A stretch of 64,000 bases of DNA. It comes from Acidobacteriota bacterium. Lineage in GTDB: Bacteria > Acidobacteriota > UBA6911 > RPQK01 > JADFOI01. Under the pieces are notes generated by a model. The model ran no database searches. It worked only from the letters and a program-made list of their open reading frames with translations, and was not told the origin of the DNA. The stretch spans positions 1,888,001-1,952,000 of the forward strand of contig OY760074.1 in the NCBI GenBank assembly GCA_963663035.1, written 5' to 3'. Numbering within the stretch: position 1 is the first letter of the stretch; each line of letters starts with the position of its first letter. The position numbers were made by a program, and so were the translations under genes. Shown piece after piece: positions 1 to 9,095 of the stretch.

Positions 1-163
1 GGCGAGACAGAAAGGCCACACGTTTCCCTTCTAACTGGCCCAGAATATAGGCATCGCTGGGACTCCCGAAGGGTGTATCGATCTGAAGCTCGCTCTTGTC
101 TTCCAGCCCGGGGATCTCATAGAGCCCGCTGCCACCAATAACACCAATTTCCGCTTGACTCAT
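1..163 (-). CDS. mtnP: S-methyl-5'-thioadenosine phosphorylase, N-terminal part (runs off window edge)
   Basis: Manual translation MSQAEIGVIGGSGLYEIPGLE...IDTPFGSPSD...VAFLSR matches the MTAP/PNP family N-terminus. Confidence 0.85.
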   Translation of the reverse strand, partial: MSQAEIGVIGGSGLYEIPGLEDKSELQIDTPFGSPSDAYILGQLEGKRVAFLSR

Positions 164-173
164 GTACCTCTGA

Positions 174-1025
174 TCACCCTTCAGCCTCCTGCCAGGACTC
201 TGACTCCAGGATATATTTGCCATTCTCCTGCCGCAACCGCCCCAAGGGAAGTTTCGGGTCGTGTTCAAGAAAAAGGAGCCACTTTTCATCCACGGCCTGG
301 GGGTAGATTCTTTTCCGGACCTCCAGAGTGGTCAAGGGATAAAGGTCATAGGCCATGATCCAGGGCAGGGAGATGTGGGCTGAAGTCGGACACAGATCGG
401 CCATATAAAAAAGAATTCTGCCTTCTGACTCGACCTTTACAGACTGGTGACCCGCCGTATGTCCTGGGGTCTGGACCAGGGTAACGCCAGGCACAACCTC
501 TTGATCTTCCTCCGCAAGATGGAGCAATCCCCTTTGTTCCAAAGGTTTCCAGTTATGGGAGAAATAGGTTGCCACGGTTCGCTCGTTGGGATTATTGGCC
601 TCTTCATATTCCTTGCGGGAAACCAGATAGGTGGCATTGGGAAAAGTGGGAACGAGTTCTTCTCCCTCCAAACGGGTATTCCCCCCACAATGATCAAAGT
701 GAAAATGGGTATTAATCACGAAATCAATCTTCTCTGGAGGGACATCGATTCGCTGCAATTCTCGAAGAATATCTGTTTCGTGCTCGATGCCATAAATCTC
801 AAGCTCTTTCTCGGAATTGTTGAAACCGCATCCGGTGTCGATGAGCACGTTTTTATCAGCGCTTTGAATGAGGAGACAATTCAAACCAAGACGGATTCTA
901 TTCCTCTCATCGGGAGGGGACTTCTTTTCCCAAAGCACCTTGGGAACGACTCCGAACATGGCGCCCCCGTCCAGCCACAGACTTCCATCCGAGATGAGAT
1001 GGAGCGCAAACTGTCCCCATTTCAC
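174..1025 (-). CDS. MBL-fold metallo-hydrolase (YtnP-like)
   Basis: LDGGAMFGVVPK N-terminal motif, THFHFDHCGG metal motif, TPGHT. Confidence 0.85.
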   Translation of the reverse strand: MKWGQFALHLISDGSLWLDGGAMFGVVPKVLWEKKSPPDERNRIRLGLNCLLIQSADKNVLIDTGCGFNNSEKELEIYGIEHETDILRELQRIDVPPEKIDFVINTHFHFDHCGGNTRLEGEELVPTFPNATYLVSRKEYEEANNPNERTVATYFSHNWKPLEQRGLLHLAEEDQEVVPGVTLVQTPGHTAGHQSVKVESEGRILFYMADLCPTSAHISLPWIMAYDLYPLTTLEVRKRIYPQAVDEKWLLFLEHDPKLPLGRLRQENGKYILESESWQEAEG

Positions 1026-1435
1026 GACGATTCTCCAGGGGCAGGCTGAACGAGTTCGATCAAGACACCACCGGTGGAATCAGGGTGAACAAAGGCTATC
1101 AACGAGCCCTGTGCACCTGGTCGTGGTTTTTCGTCAATCAGCTTAATGTTCTTCTCACTCAGAGACTGGAGCCGCTCTTCCAGATTGTCAACTTCCAGGG
1201 TGATGTGGTGAATTCCTTCACCACGATCGTCCAGGAACTGTTGAATGTGAGAATTCTCTCCAGTCGGTTCAATCAATTCGATGGCCGAGTCACCCGCTTC
1301 CATAAGTGCCACCTTAACCTTCTGATCTTGAATGACTTCGATGGAGTCCAACTCCAGGCCAAGGTGTTTGTAGAACTCCGCCGTAACGGCTATGGACCGT
1401 GTGGCGATTCCCACGTGGGCAATTCTCTTAATCAT
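1022..1435 (-). CDS. mce: methylmalonyl-CoA epimerase
   Basis: VOC fold: HVGIA, IELIEP, GEGIHHI, GGVLIELV; adjacent to meaB. Confidence 0.85.
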   Translation of the reverse strand: MIKRIAHVGIATRSIAVTAEFYKHLGLELDSIEVIQDQKVKVALMEAGDSAIELIEPTGENSHIQQFLDDRGEGIHHITLEVDNLEERLQSLSEKNIKLIDEKPRPGAQGSLIAFVHPDSTGGVLIELVQPAPGESS

Positions 1436-2363
1436 TAGCTTCCTCCTGGCCGTCCAGATGACTTAGCAAGCGATCCATGATCGTATAAGGATCCAATTCC
1501 CGAGTCATCATTTTTTCTGCGTACCGGTCCAGCTCTTCTTCAGGAATTCGCTCCAGAGCCTTCCGCGTCAAATGATCTCGCAACTTCTCCACTAGCCGTT
1601 CCCGAAACAAGGGGAGTTCCCTTCCTTTGACTCCTGGTGGTTCACCGAGTCGGGCGCGGTACTTTTCGATGGCATCGGTCAGCTTCCCAATACCCTCACC
1701 CTGTGTGGCAACGGTTTTCACGATGGGAGGCTCCCAGCCGTCCTTTCTGGAGGTCATCGACTGCAGAGCTTCCAATTCCCCTTCCGTTGTCAGGACCTCG
1801 CCGCGGTCCGCTTTGTTGAGAACGAAAATATCTCCGATTTCCATGAGACCGGCTTTGAGCATCTGAATATCATCTCCCATCCCGGGCACGATCACGACCA
1901 ATGTTATGTGAGCGGTCTTGACGATCTCCACCTCGTCTTGACCGACTCCGACAGTTTCGACGATGAGGGGTCCGTAACCGGCCGCACCCAGCACGATCAA
2001 AAACTCATCTACAGTCCTTGCCAGCCCTCCCATTTTTCCGCGTGAGGCCATGCTCCGAATGAAGACTCGGGGATCCGTACAGAGCGACTGCATACGGATG
2101 CGATCACCCAGGATCGCACCTCCAGTGAAGGGAGAAGTCGGATCGACCAGAACGACACCGACCTTTGAGCCCGAATCCCGGTAGTGACGAGCCAGGTGGT
2201 TAACCAGGGTACTTTTCCCAGAACCTGGACTTCCGGTAACTCCAATGACAAAAGCCTGACCAGCACGGGGAAATAATTCCCTGAGGAGCTCGGTGACATC
2301 ATCTGTCGGCAAGTTCTCCACCTGAGTCAAGGTACGCGCAACAGTGCGGATATCGCCCTCCAT
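1428..2363 (-). CDS. meaB: methylmalonyl-CoA mutase-associated GTPase MeaB/ArgK
   Basis: GSPGSGKST P-loop, VDPTSPFTGGAILGDRIRM, ETVGVGQ, NKAD. Confidence 0.9.
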   Translation of the reverse strand: MEGDIRTVARTLTQVENLPTDDVTELLRELFPRAGQAFVIGVTGSPGSGKSTLVNHLARHYRDSGSKVGVVLVDPTSPFTGGAILGDRIRMQSLCTDPRVFIRSMASRGKMGGLARTVDEFLIVLGAAGYGPLIVETVGVGQDEVEIVKTAHITLVVIVPGMGDDIQMLKAGLMEIGDIFVLNKADRGEVLTTEGELEALQSMTSRKDGWEPPIVKTVATQGEGIGKLTDAIEKYRARLGEPPGVKGRELPLFRERLVEKLRDHLTRKALERIPEEELDRYAEKMMTRELDPYTIMDRLLSHLDGQEEAND

Positions 2364-2444
2364 TATTCTTTGAATCTGCTGTGAAAGCTCTTTTTTGGGA
2401 ATGGCCTTTGGCTCTTTGTTGCAGTTCGTGCTCTTCCAGTCCTC

Positions 2445-3587
2445 TTATTTGAGCACTTCCCTGGCTATCACCATGCGCTGAATTTCACTCGTCCCTTCTC
2501 CGATCGTACCGAGTTTGGCATCACGCCAGTATTTCTCTGGCGGATAGTCTTTGGTATATCCATAGCCACCATGGATTTGAATGGCTTGCTCAGCAACCCA
2601 TACCGCCAACTCCCCAGCGTACAGCTTTGCCATTGAAGAGTATTGGGGCACCGATGTCCTCTTCTGCTGCTTGATCCAGGCTGCCTGATAGGTGAGTAAG
2701 CGAGCCGCTTCAAGACGAGTCGCCATATCCGCCAATTTCCATTGAATGGCCTGAAACTTGGAGATGAGCTGCCCAAACTGCTGACGCTCCTTTGAGTACT
2801 TGATGCTGCAGTCCAGAGCGCCCTGGGCGATTCCCACAGACATTGCCGCAATACTGATACGCCCTCCGTCGACCACCTTCAGTGCATCGATGAAACCTTC
2901 TCCTTCCTGTCCTAACAGGTTTTCCTCCGGCACAGAGCAATCTTCCAAGGCAAGTGAGGCCGTGTCACTGGAACGACATCCCAGTTTGTTCTCCTTCTTT
3001 CCGGGCGTAAGACCTTGAGTTCCCTTCTCTACGATGAACGCGGACATCCCGTGGTTACCCTTATCCTGATGGGTGACTGCCAGGATCACATAGGTATCCG
3101 CGTAAGTCCCATGAGTGCAGAAGCTTTTGGTTCCATTCAGGACCCAAGAGCCCTTTTTCTTGACCGCGCGAGTTTGAGTACCGGCCGCATCGCTGCCCGA
3201 TTCTGGTTCGGTCAGGGCCCAAGCTCCAAGCGCTTTACCGCTCGCCAGCGGAACGAGATATTTCTTCTTTTGTTCCTCATTCCCCATCAGATCAATGTGA
3301 CTGACACACAGGGAGTTATGAGCGGCTACTGAGAGGGCGATGGAACCATCTACACGAGAAAGTTCCTCAATAACGATGACGTATTCCGGGTATCCCAGAC
3401 CCGCTCCCGCGTATTGCGGATCGACGATTGCGCCCATCATTCCCAGTTCGCCCAGTTTCTGGAGCACATCCAGGGGAAAGTGTTGCTTTTCATCCCACTC
3501 CAGACTGTGGGGTGCGATTTCATTGAGAGCAAAGTCGCGAATGGTCTCGCGGAGAATTTCCTGTTCATGAGTGTACCCAAATTCCAC
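2445..3587 (-). CDS. acyl-CoA dehydrogenase
   Basis: [35 protein letters not shown] motifs. Confidence 0.92.
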   Translation of the reverse strand: MEFGYTHEQEILRETIRDFALNEIAPHSLEWDEKQHFPLDVLQKLGELGMMGAIVDPQYAGAGLGYPEYVIVIEELSRVDGSIALSVAAHNSLCVSHIDLMGNEEQKKKYLVPLASGKALGAWALTEPESGSDAAGTQTRAVKKKGSWVLNGTKSFCTHGTYADTYVILAVTHQDKGNHGMSAFIVEKGTQGLTPGKKENKLGCRSSDTASLALEDCSVPEENLLGQEGEGFIDALKVVDGGRISIAAMSVGIAQGALDCSIKYSKERQQFGQLISKFQAIQWKLADMATRLEAARLLTYQAAWIKQQKRTSVPQYSSMAKLYAGELAVWVAEQAIQIHGGYGYTKDYPPEKYWRDAKLGTIGEGTSEIQRMVIAREVLK

Positions 3588-3658
3588 GATCCAATCTTAC
3601 AGGGAAAGCTGGTGACCTGACAACGCGGGTGAGTTCCGAAAAAACGGTTAAGTGAGTA

Positions 3659-4828
3659 CTAAGGGAGTGCGGCGGTGAGGGTCCGGCACACATGGTCGAC
3701 CTGTTCCTCAGTGATATGAGGAAACATGGGAAGAGATAATATCGATTCTGCTGCAGCTTCCGACTCAGGAAAGTCTCCTGGTCGGTATCCTAAATGCTCA
3801 TAAGCCTTCTGAAGATGGAGTGAAATGGGATAATGAAGTCCAACCTCGATGCCCCGCTTCGACAACTCCTCTTTGACTTCGTAGCGGTTGGGAACGCGGA
3901 CGACAAAGAGGTGATAGACATGCGTTCGTCCGTCGGGCTCAAGTTGCAGGACAATCCGATCATCGTCCTGGAGTCGCTGTCGGTACCATCGAGCGGCTTG
4001 CCGCCGCCTCTCGTTCCAGGCATCCAGCCTTTTCAATTTCACACTCAGCACCGCGCACTGCAGGGCATCAAGCCTCATGTTCCACCCATCCGGTGAAACA
4101 TAGAGGTACTTTTCACTCTGGCCATGGTCTCTCCAGACTCGCATCCACTGGGCCATGTCCTGCTGGTCTGTGACGACCGCACCCCCTTCTCCCAGTGCTC
4201 CCAGATTCTTTCCTGGGTAAAAACTGAATGCTCCAACCTGTCCAAAAGTGCCCGTCCTCCTCTCTTTTCCATCCAGGCTGTAACTGGCACCATGGGCCTG
4301 AGCTGCGTCTTCAATCACTTTCAGATCAAATTGAGCAGCCGCCGCCAGGAGAGGTCCCATGTCTGCCGGCAGGCCATAAAGATGGACCGGCAGGAGGGCC
4401 ACAACCGGACGCTCCGAGTTCTTGTTGACCAGGCACCCATCTTTTCTGATTCGACATTTCTCTTCCAAAAATTCAGCCAGCCGATGGGGAGACATCTGAT
4501 AAGAAGCTTTTTCAATGTCAACGAAGACGGGATGAGCACCAACTGAAGTAATCGCTTCCACCGTTGCAATGAAAGTATGGGGAACGGTGATGACCTCTTC
4601 TTCTGTTCCCACGCCGGCTGCCATGAGAGCAAGCTTCAATGCATCTGTACCGCTCCCACAGGCGACTGCATGCCGGCTCCCACAGTAATCAGCAAAGTGT
4701 CTCTCAAAGTTTTCGACATGAGAGCCGCCCACGAAGCTGGAGCAGTCAATAATTTCCCGGATGGCCAAATCAATTTCATCACGTACTTCTCGATGCTGCG
4801 CTCCAAGGTCTGCAAAAGGAACTTTCAT
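3659..4828 (-). CDS. DegT/DnrJ/EryC1/StrS family PLP aminotransferase
   Basis: SGTDAL, VHLYG, EDAAQAHGA, FSFYPGKNLGALGEGG. Confidence 0.9.
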   Translation of the reverse strand: MKVPFADLGAQHREVRDEIDLAIREIIDCSSFVGGSHVENFERHFADYCGSRHAVACGSGTDALKLALMAAGVGTEEEVITVPHTFIATVEAITSVGAHPVFVDIEKASYQMSPHRLAEFLEEKCRIRKDGCLVNKNSERPVVALLPVHLYGLPADMGPLLAAAAQFDLKVIEDAAQAHGASYSLDGKERRTGTFGQVGAFSFYPGKNLGALGEGGAVVTDQQDMAQWMRVWRDHGQSEKYLYVSPDGWNMRLDALQCAVLSVKLKRLDAWNERRRQAARWYRQRLQDDDRIVLQLEPDGRTHVYHLFVVRVPNRYEVKEELSKRGIEVGLHYPISLHLQKAYEHLGYRPGDFPESEAAAESILSLPMFPHITEEQVDHVCRTLTAALP

Positions 4829-4898
4829 CTTGCTAAGGAATTCGGGAACAGTCCCCGAATTCCTTCTTCCCTATCTGTGATTGCGACCAAAAGGAAGC

Positions 4899-7115
4899 TT
4901 AAAACTCAAAGGAGTGGGTGAACTTCATAACGATCTGGCGGTCAAGATCGGTAATCGGGTCGGTGCGGTCTCGGAATTCAGTGTAAACAAAAAACAGGTC
5001 ATCGCCGGGACGATAGATGTAGTTCAGCCGGAAATTCACGCCCAACACATCGTTGCTGCTGTTGTACTGGAGTTGGGTGCTGGTCAACCACTTCCGGCTA
5101 AATGCGAAGTTGAAGGTATTGTTCATCTGATGGAAGTTCACCGCTTCCAGCCCAACCGGTTCAATGCGGTTAATCGAATAGCCCACCCGAAACGAGAAAC
5201 GACTGCTGAACTTTATCACCGGAGTAATACTCCATTGGTGCTTCATGTTGCCTTTGCCATAGTAATCCCACTCAGGGCGGTATGAGAGACCACCACTGAT
5301 CTTGCGAGCGGGATTGGAACGATAGTTGAAGTCAGAGTACCACCAGGTGTACCTTCCGGGGGCTATGTCCAGGCCGGGAAGGCTCAGCGACTGTATGCCG
5401 GGCTCGTCCGGATCGTCTATCACGACTTCAGTCCGACGGTGCGGATTGACGGCAAGTGAACTCCCGTCCTGAAACCTGATCCCGTTGTCAAAGTGATAGA
5501 TTTCTGTCACAAGCTCATTGTCTTGCACGTTCAGGTTCTGCTCGAAGTTGACACCGAAGTTGAGCTGCCGTATGAGGTCACTGTTGGGGCGAGGATAGAC
5601 CATAAAACGCTCAGAATGCCTTCGGCTGGACTCTCGCCTGATGAAGCCTATATCCGTCTCAAAGTTTTCCTGGATCTCAAGATAGGTGACGCTGGCGTCC
5701 AGGAAATCAGCCTCCCATCGACCTTCTACCCCGCCTGTCCATTGCCGATCGTCGAGGCCGTCAGTAAAGGATCTGGCCAGCAGTCCCACCACTGTCAGGT
5801 GCTCGAAAAAAACCAGGTGCTGATCGACTGCAACCACTCGATTGAAATCTCCTCCTTCGCCCTGCCGGTTGCTGGCAAAGAATCCCAGCGAAGAGCGCGA
5901 CCAAATGTCCCGTTTCAGGCGGAAGACTCCGAAATTGTCGCCCGCTTCGCCTTGGAAATCATCTACTTGAGCCTCAAGTATTCCCAGTGTGAACTTGTCT
6001 CCCAGCTTGCCGGCCAACTTCGCGCCTACCGAAATGGGGATGGCCTGCCTATTTGAGGAAAGACCGATCCGACGACTGTGAAAGAGCACAATGTGCGGTG
6101 CTCTGGCAACGCGAAATCCACTGACTCCAAAAATGCCTGCGCCTTCCAGAAAAAACTCCCTCTTCTCTGGAAAGAAGGTGGGGGTCCGATCGAAGTTTAT
6201 GACCTGATTGTCGACTTCCGTTTGTGCGAAGTCCGTATTGGCTGTGGCATCCAGGGTCAATCCTGAAGTCACTGAAACCTTGAGATTTTCCAGCCCCACG
6301 TCTCCAAGATGAATGGTCTTTCGCTGGTCCGCTCCCTGAGTCTTCGTCCGCAGGTTGATGTAAGGCTTGATCCGAATTTGTGCTACCGACTCGACTTCAG
6401 ACAGGCCCAGTAAATGCCCGGCTTGAGAAAGTTGTCGGAAGTTGAAACTTCGAGAATAGTTATTCCAGTAGCCAAATTCGTTCTTACGGCGAATAACGCG
6501 CTCAAAGTCGATCCCAAAGTCTGTAGTTGCGGAGGAAAAACGGATGGTTTTGAGCGGGATTTTGATCTCAGCCGTCCAACCTTCTTCATCCACCAGCGCC
6601 TCAACTTCCCATATCTCATCCCAGTCGGCGTTGATGTTCCGGCCCTCTTCTGTGATCAGCGCATCGTACTGCGTGCCGGCGGGATTAATCTTGAACAGGA
6701 AGGCGTTTCGGTGATCGTGAAAGGTATCCAAAACGAGGGTAAAGGTATCGTCATTCCCAAAGGCATTATCCCGTCTCAGCTCCGTGGCCAGGATTCCCTC
6801 CACCTGACTATCAAAACAGCGGATCCCAAAGTACAGGTTCTCCTGGTCGTAAAGCGCGCGCACCTCCGTTCTCTCGCTGACCGGCATCCCTTCGTTGGGG
6901 TCCCTCTGCACGAATTCACCAGCTACATCCGCATCCTGCCAGGCCTGCTCATTCAGGAGCCCATCCAGGACGGGCGCTTCCTGGATTTGAGAGATAGTGA
7001 GTGATCTGCTGCCGTGTTGCTGGCTGTCGGGCCGGTCCTGCTGAGCAAGCGCGCAGAGTTGGACGAGAGTGAACAGGGAGAGGGTAATAGCAAAGTTTTT
7101 CACAGTTTGGGACAT
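4899..7115 (-). CDS. secreted/outer-membrane CBM9-like + DUF5916-type protein, copy 1
   Basis: Likely start MSQTVKNF at 7115 with signal peptide; LDGLLNEQAW, DFAQTEVD, FPEKREFFLEG motifs; C-terminal aromatic beta-strand. The longer ORF to 7289 includes a trxB remnant. Confidence 0.75.
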   Translation of the reverse strand: MSQTVKNFAITLSLFTLVQLCALAQQDRPDSQQHGSRSLTISQIQEAPVLDGLLNEQAWQDADVAGEFVQRDPNEGMPVSERTEVRALYDQENLYFGIRCFDSQVEGILATELRRDNAFGNDDTFTLVLDTFHDHRNAFLFKINPAGTQYDALITEEGRNINADWDEIWEVEALVDEEGWTAEIKIPLKTIRFSSATTDFGIDFERVIRRKNEFGYWNNYSRSFNFRQLSQAGHLLGLSEVESVAQIRIKPYINLRTKTQGADQRKTIHLGDVGLENLKVSVTSGLTLDATANTDFAQTEVDNQVINFDRTPTFFPEKREFFLEGAGIFGVSGFRVARAPHIVLFHSRRIGLSSNRQAIPISVGAKLAGKLGDKFTLGILEAQVDDFQGEAGDNFGVFRLKRDIWSRSSLGFFASNRQGEGGDFNRVVAVDQHLVFFEHLTVVGLLARSFTDGLDDRQWTGGVEGRWEADFLDASVTYLEIQENFETDIGFIRRESSRRHSERFMVYPRPNSDLIRQLNFGVNFEQNLNVQDNELVTEIYHFDNGIRFQDGSSLAVNPHRRTEVVIDDPDEPGIQSLSLPGLDIAPGRYTWWYSDFNYRSNPARKISGGLSYRPEWDYYGKGNMKHQWSITPVIKFSSRFSFRVGYSINRIEPVGLEAVNFHQMNNTFNFAFSRKWLTSTQLQYNSSNDVLGVNFRLNYIYRPGDDLFFVYTEFRDRTDPITDLDRQIVMKFTHSFEF

Positions 7116-7139
7116 GATTAGCTCCTGGAAAGATCGAGT

Positions 7140-7305
7140 TATTCTCCCACCTCCCCTTAAGGGTGTCAAGGAAGTTGCGCTTTCGCGGCCACGCCGCCAG
7201 CCTCTCTTTTTTTCCTCTCCCTCAAACTGTTCCTCGAGAAACTTTTCCGCACCTATGGCTGCCTGACATCCTGCTCCGGCAGCCGTCACCGCCTCCCACC
7301 ACTAG
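7140..7305 (-). pseudogene. trxB: trxB remnant, 3' part (internally deleted)
   Basis: Near-identical to ~11340-11468 fused to 11860-11880; encodes VTAAGAGCQAAIGAEKFLEE. Confidence 0.85.
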
Positions 7306-8944
7306 CCGCAATTATTCATAAGTTTGGGGTGAGTGTCGATTTTCTGCGGAAGTTCAGGGCTGAGAGTGTGTTCAGGTGCGATTACAAGGCGTCCAAGCTT
7401 GTTGAGCCGAATAGAGATGAAGCGAGAGCCCCTTCCGGAAACAGCTCGGCCCGCAGGGGGCTGTATATCTGTGTTGGCGCAGGGAGTCAGGGGACCGTCA
7501 GGTGGGACACAGACGGTGCATCAGTAATGCGAAGAGCTTTTGTTCGGGATAAGACGATGCCAGGTGCACCCAGATGCGACGAGAAGTTTCCCGAACCCGG
7601 GCACCGATTTTGAACAGGCGGCGGCGGAGCGTCTCAATCTCCAGGTTGTGCCAGGGAGTCCCGCACAGGTAATCCCGCAGGCGCAGGATTAAGACATAGG
7701 CCAGGGCGTGGATGAAGAGTCGGAACTGGTTGGCCAGGAAACGGTGGCAGCTCAAGCGATCCATGGCCAGATCTTTTTTGAAAGCTTTCACGAAGTTCTC
7801 GCACTGGCCCCGTCCGATGTAGTGGTCATACAGCTGCCCGGCCGTGAGATCCTGGCGGTTGGTGACCACAAAGCGACGGTTGAACCCGCGCTCGCTCACT
7901 TCCACCTTGGCCACCATGCGCCGCTCCCGGTCCCAACTGTCGGCCTGATAGACGAGCTCGGTGAACTGGCGTTGCTTTTCTCCTGAGTCGTCATAGTCTG
8001 CTTGCACCTGCTCAACCAAGGGCTCGACGGTGGCCGCCAGCCGGGAGTTGCGGGCAAAGCCCACCACATACTGCAGTTTTTCCTCCTCACAGAACTCGTA
8101 CAGTGCCGGCGTCGCAAAGCCACTGTCGGCTCGCACTTCGATCGGAACATCGGATCCCAGAACCTGGCGCATCCGGGCCACCACCCGTTTGAGAACCGCC
8201 ACCGCGTGGGCGGCCGCCCCCTGGTTGCCGGGCCGCAGTAGCGCACATACCAGATCGCCCGTCTCGCCATCGAATAGCAGCAGCGGATGATACATGTGCT
8301 CGCGATAATAGCCGTGGTAAAAGCTGAACTCCTGCTGCCCATGCGTGACGTCATCCGTGCTGTCGATGTCCAGGATGATCTTCTCGGGCCGGCTCTTCTT
8401 GCGGTGCTTCAAGTAGGTCTCCAGCAGCCACTGTCCCAGGCGAGTGAGATCCTTCGAGTTCACCGAGTTCTCCAGTCGCGACAGCGTGGGTTGAGAAGCC
8501 AGATCCGGATCGCTTTCCGGCAGCCGATCACACACGGTCTTGAAGATGGGATCCGAGCGCAAGCTGTCGGCATCGTTGCAGTCCTCATAGCCGGCCACGA
8601 TCTGAAAGCTGCGCTGGGTGAGCAGTTCGCGAATCTGGTGGCGGACGTAGCGGCTATCTCGAGCGTCCTTCAGGCAGGAGGCAAAGCCAGCCGTCAGTCC
8701 GTGCTGTTGATCCAGGGCGTACAGACACAGCAGCCCGGCATCGGAGGAGAGCCGGCCTCCATCGAATCGAGCCACCACTTTTCTGTCAGGGTGAGATGGC
8801 AAGTTGATCTGGCAGACTGATGCATCGCTGGGCCGTACCTTTTTGGTTTGGAGTTGTTTCATAACCCCTTTTATATCAAAGAGGTACGGCATCTTTTTGT
8901 GCCCTCGATCAGACCCCTTCTTCAGAATTTATGAATAATCCGGG
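7306..8944 (-). mobile_element. IS1380-family insertion sequence, complete
   Basis: Terminal IRs CCGCAATTATTCATAA / CCCGGATTATTCATAA (revcomp of right end); CTAG direct repeats at 7302-7305 and 8945-8948. Confidence 0.9.
7498..8862 (-). CDS. IS1380-family transposase
   Basis: FDGGRLSSDAGL, GYEDCND, LASQPTLSRLEN, LDIDST, RADSGF, YIGRGQCEN motifs; alternative start at 8892. Confidence 0.92.
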   Translation of the reverse strand: MKQLQTKKVRPSDASVCQINLPSHPDRKVVARFDGGRLSSDAGLLCLYALDQQHGLTAGFASCLKDARDSRYVRHQIRELLTQRSFQIVAGYEDCNDADSLRSDPIFKTVCDRLPESDPDLASQPTLSRLENSVNSKDLTRLGQWLLETYLKHRKKSRPEKIILDIDSTDDVTHGQQEFSFYHGYYREHMYHPLLLFDGETGDLVCALLRPGNQGAAAHAVAVLKRVVARMRQVLGSDVPIEVRADSGFATPALYEFCEEEKLQYVVGFARNSRLAATVEPLVEQVQADYDDSGEKQRQFTELVYQADSWDRERRMVAKVEVSERGFNRRFVVTNRQDLTAGQLYDHYIGRGQCENFVKAFKKDLAMDRLSCHRFLANQFRLFIHALAYVLILRLRDYLCGTPWHNLEIETLRRRLFKIGARVRETSRRIWVHLASSYPEQKLFALLMHRLCPT

Positions 8945-9020
8945 CTAGGAGCTTCTGATCGCGGAAGAAGAACCCATCGCAGGTCGCGCAGGTCGACACA
9001 CCATGCCCGATGAGTTCCTT
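8945..9020 (-). pseudogene. trxB: trxB remnant, internal part ([24 protein letters not shown])
   Basis: 8949-9020 matches 11881-11952 at 70/72 nt. Confidence 0.85.
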
Positions 9021-9095
9021 CACTTCGTTCACTTTTAGGACCCAACCGAACTTTCCGTGCCTTTAGCCAGGTGGGAGAGACTGCGAAAAGGAAAC

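Noticed and set aside
7116-7289. N-terminal extension making an apparent TrxB-DUF5916 fusion (796-aa ORF)
   Set aside because: The extension is the decayed trxB remnant; the paralog and the RBS place the real start at 7115
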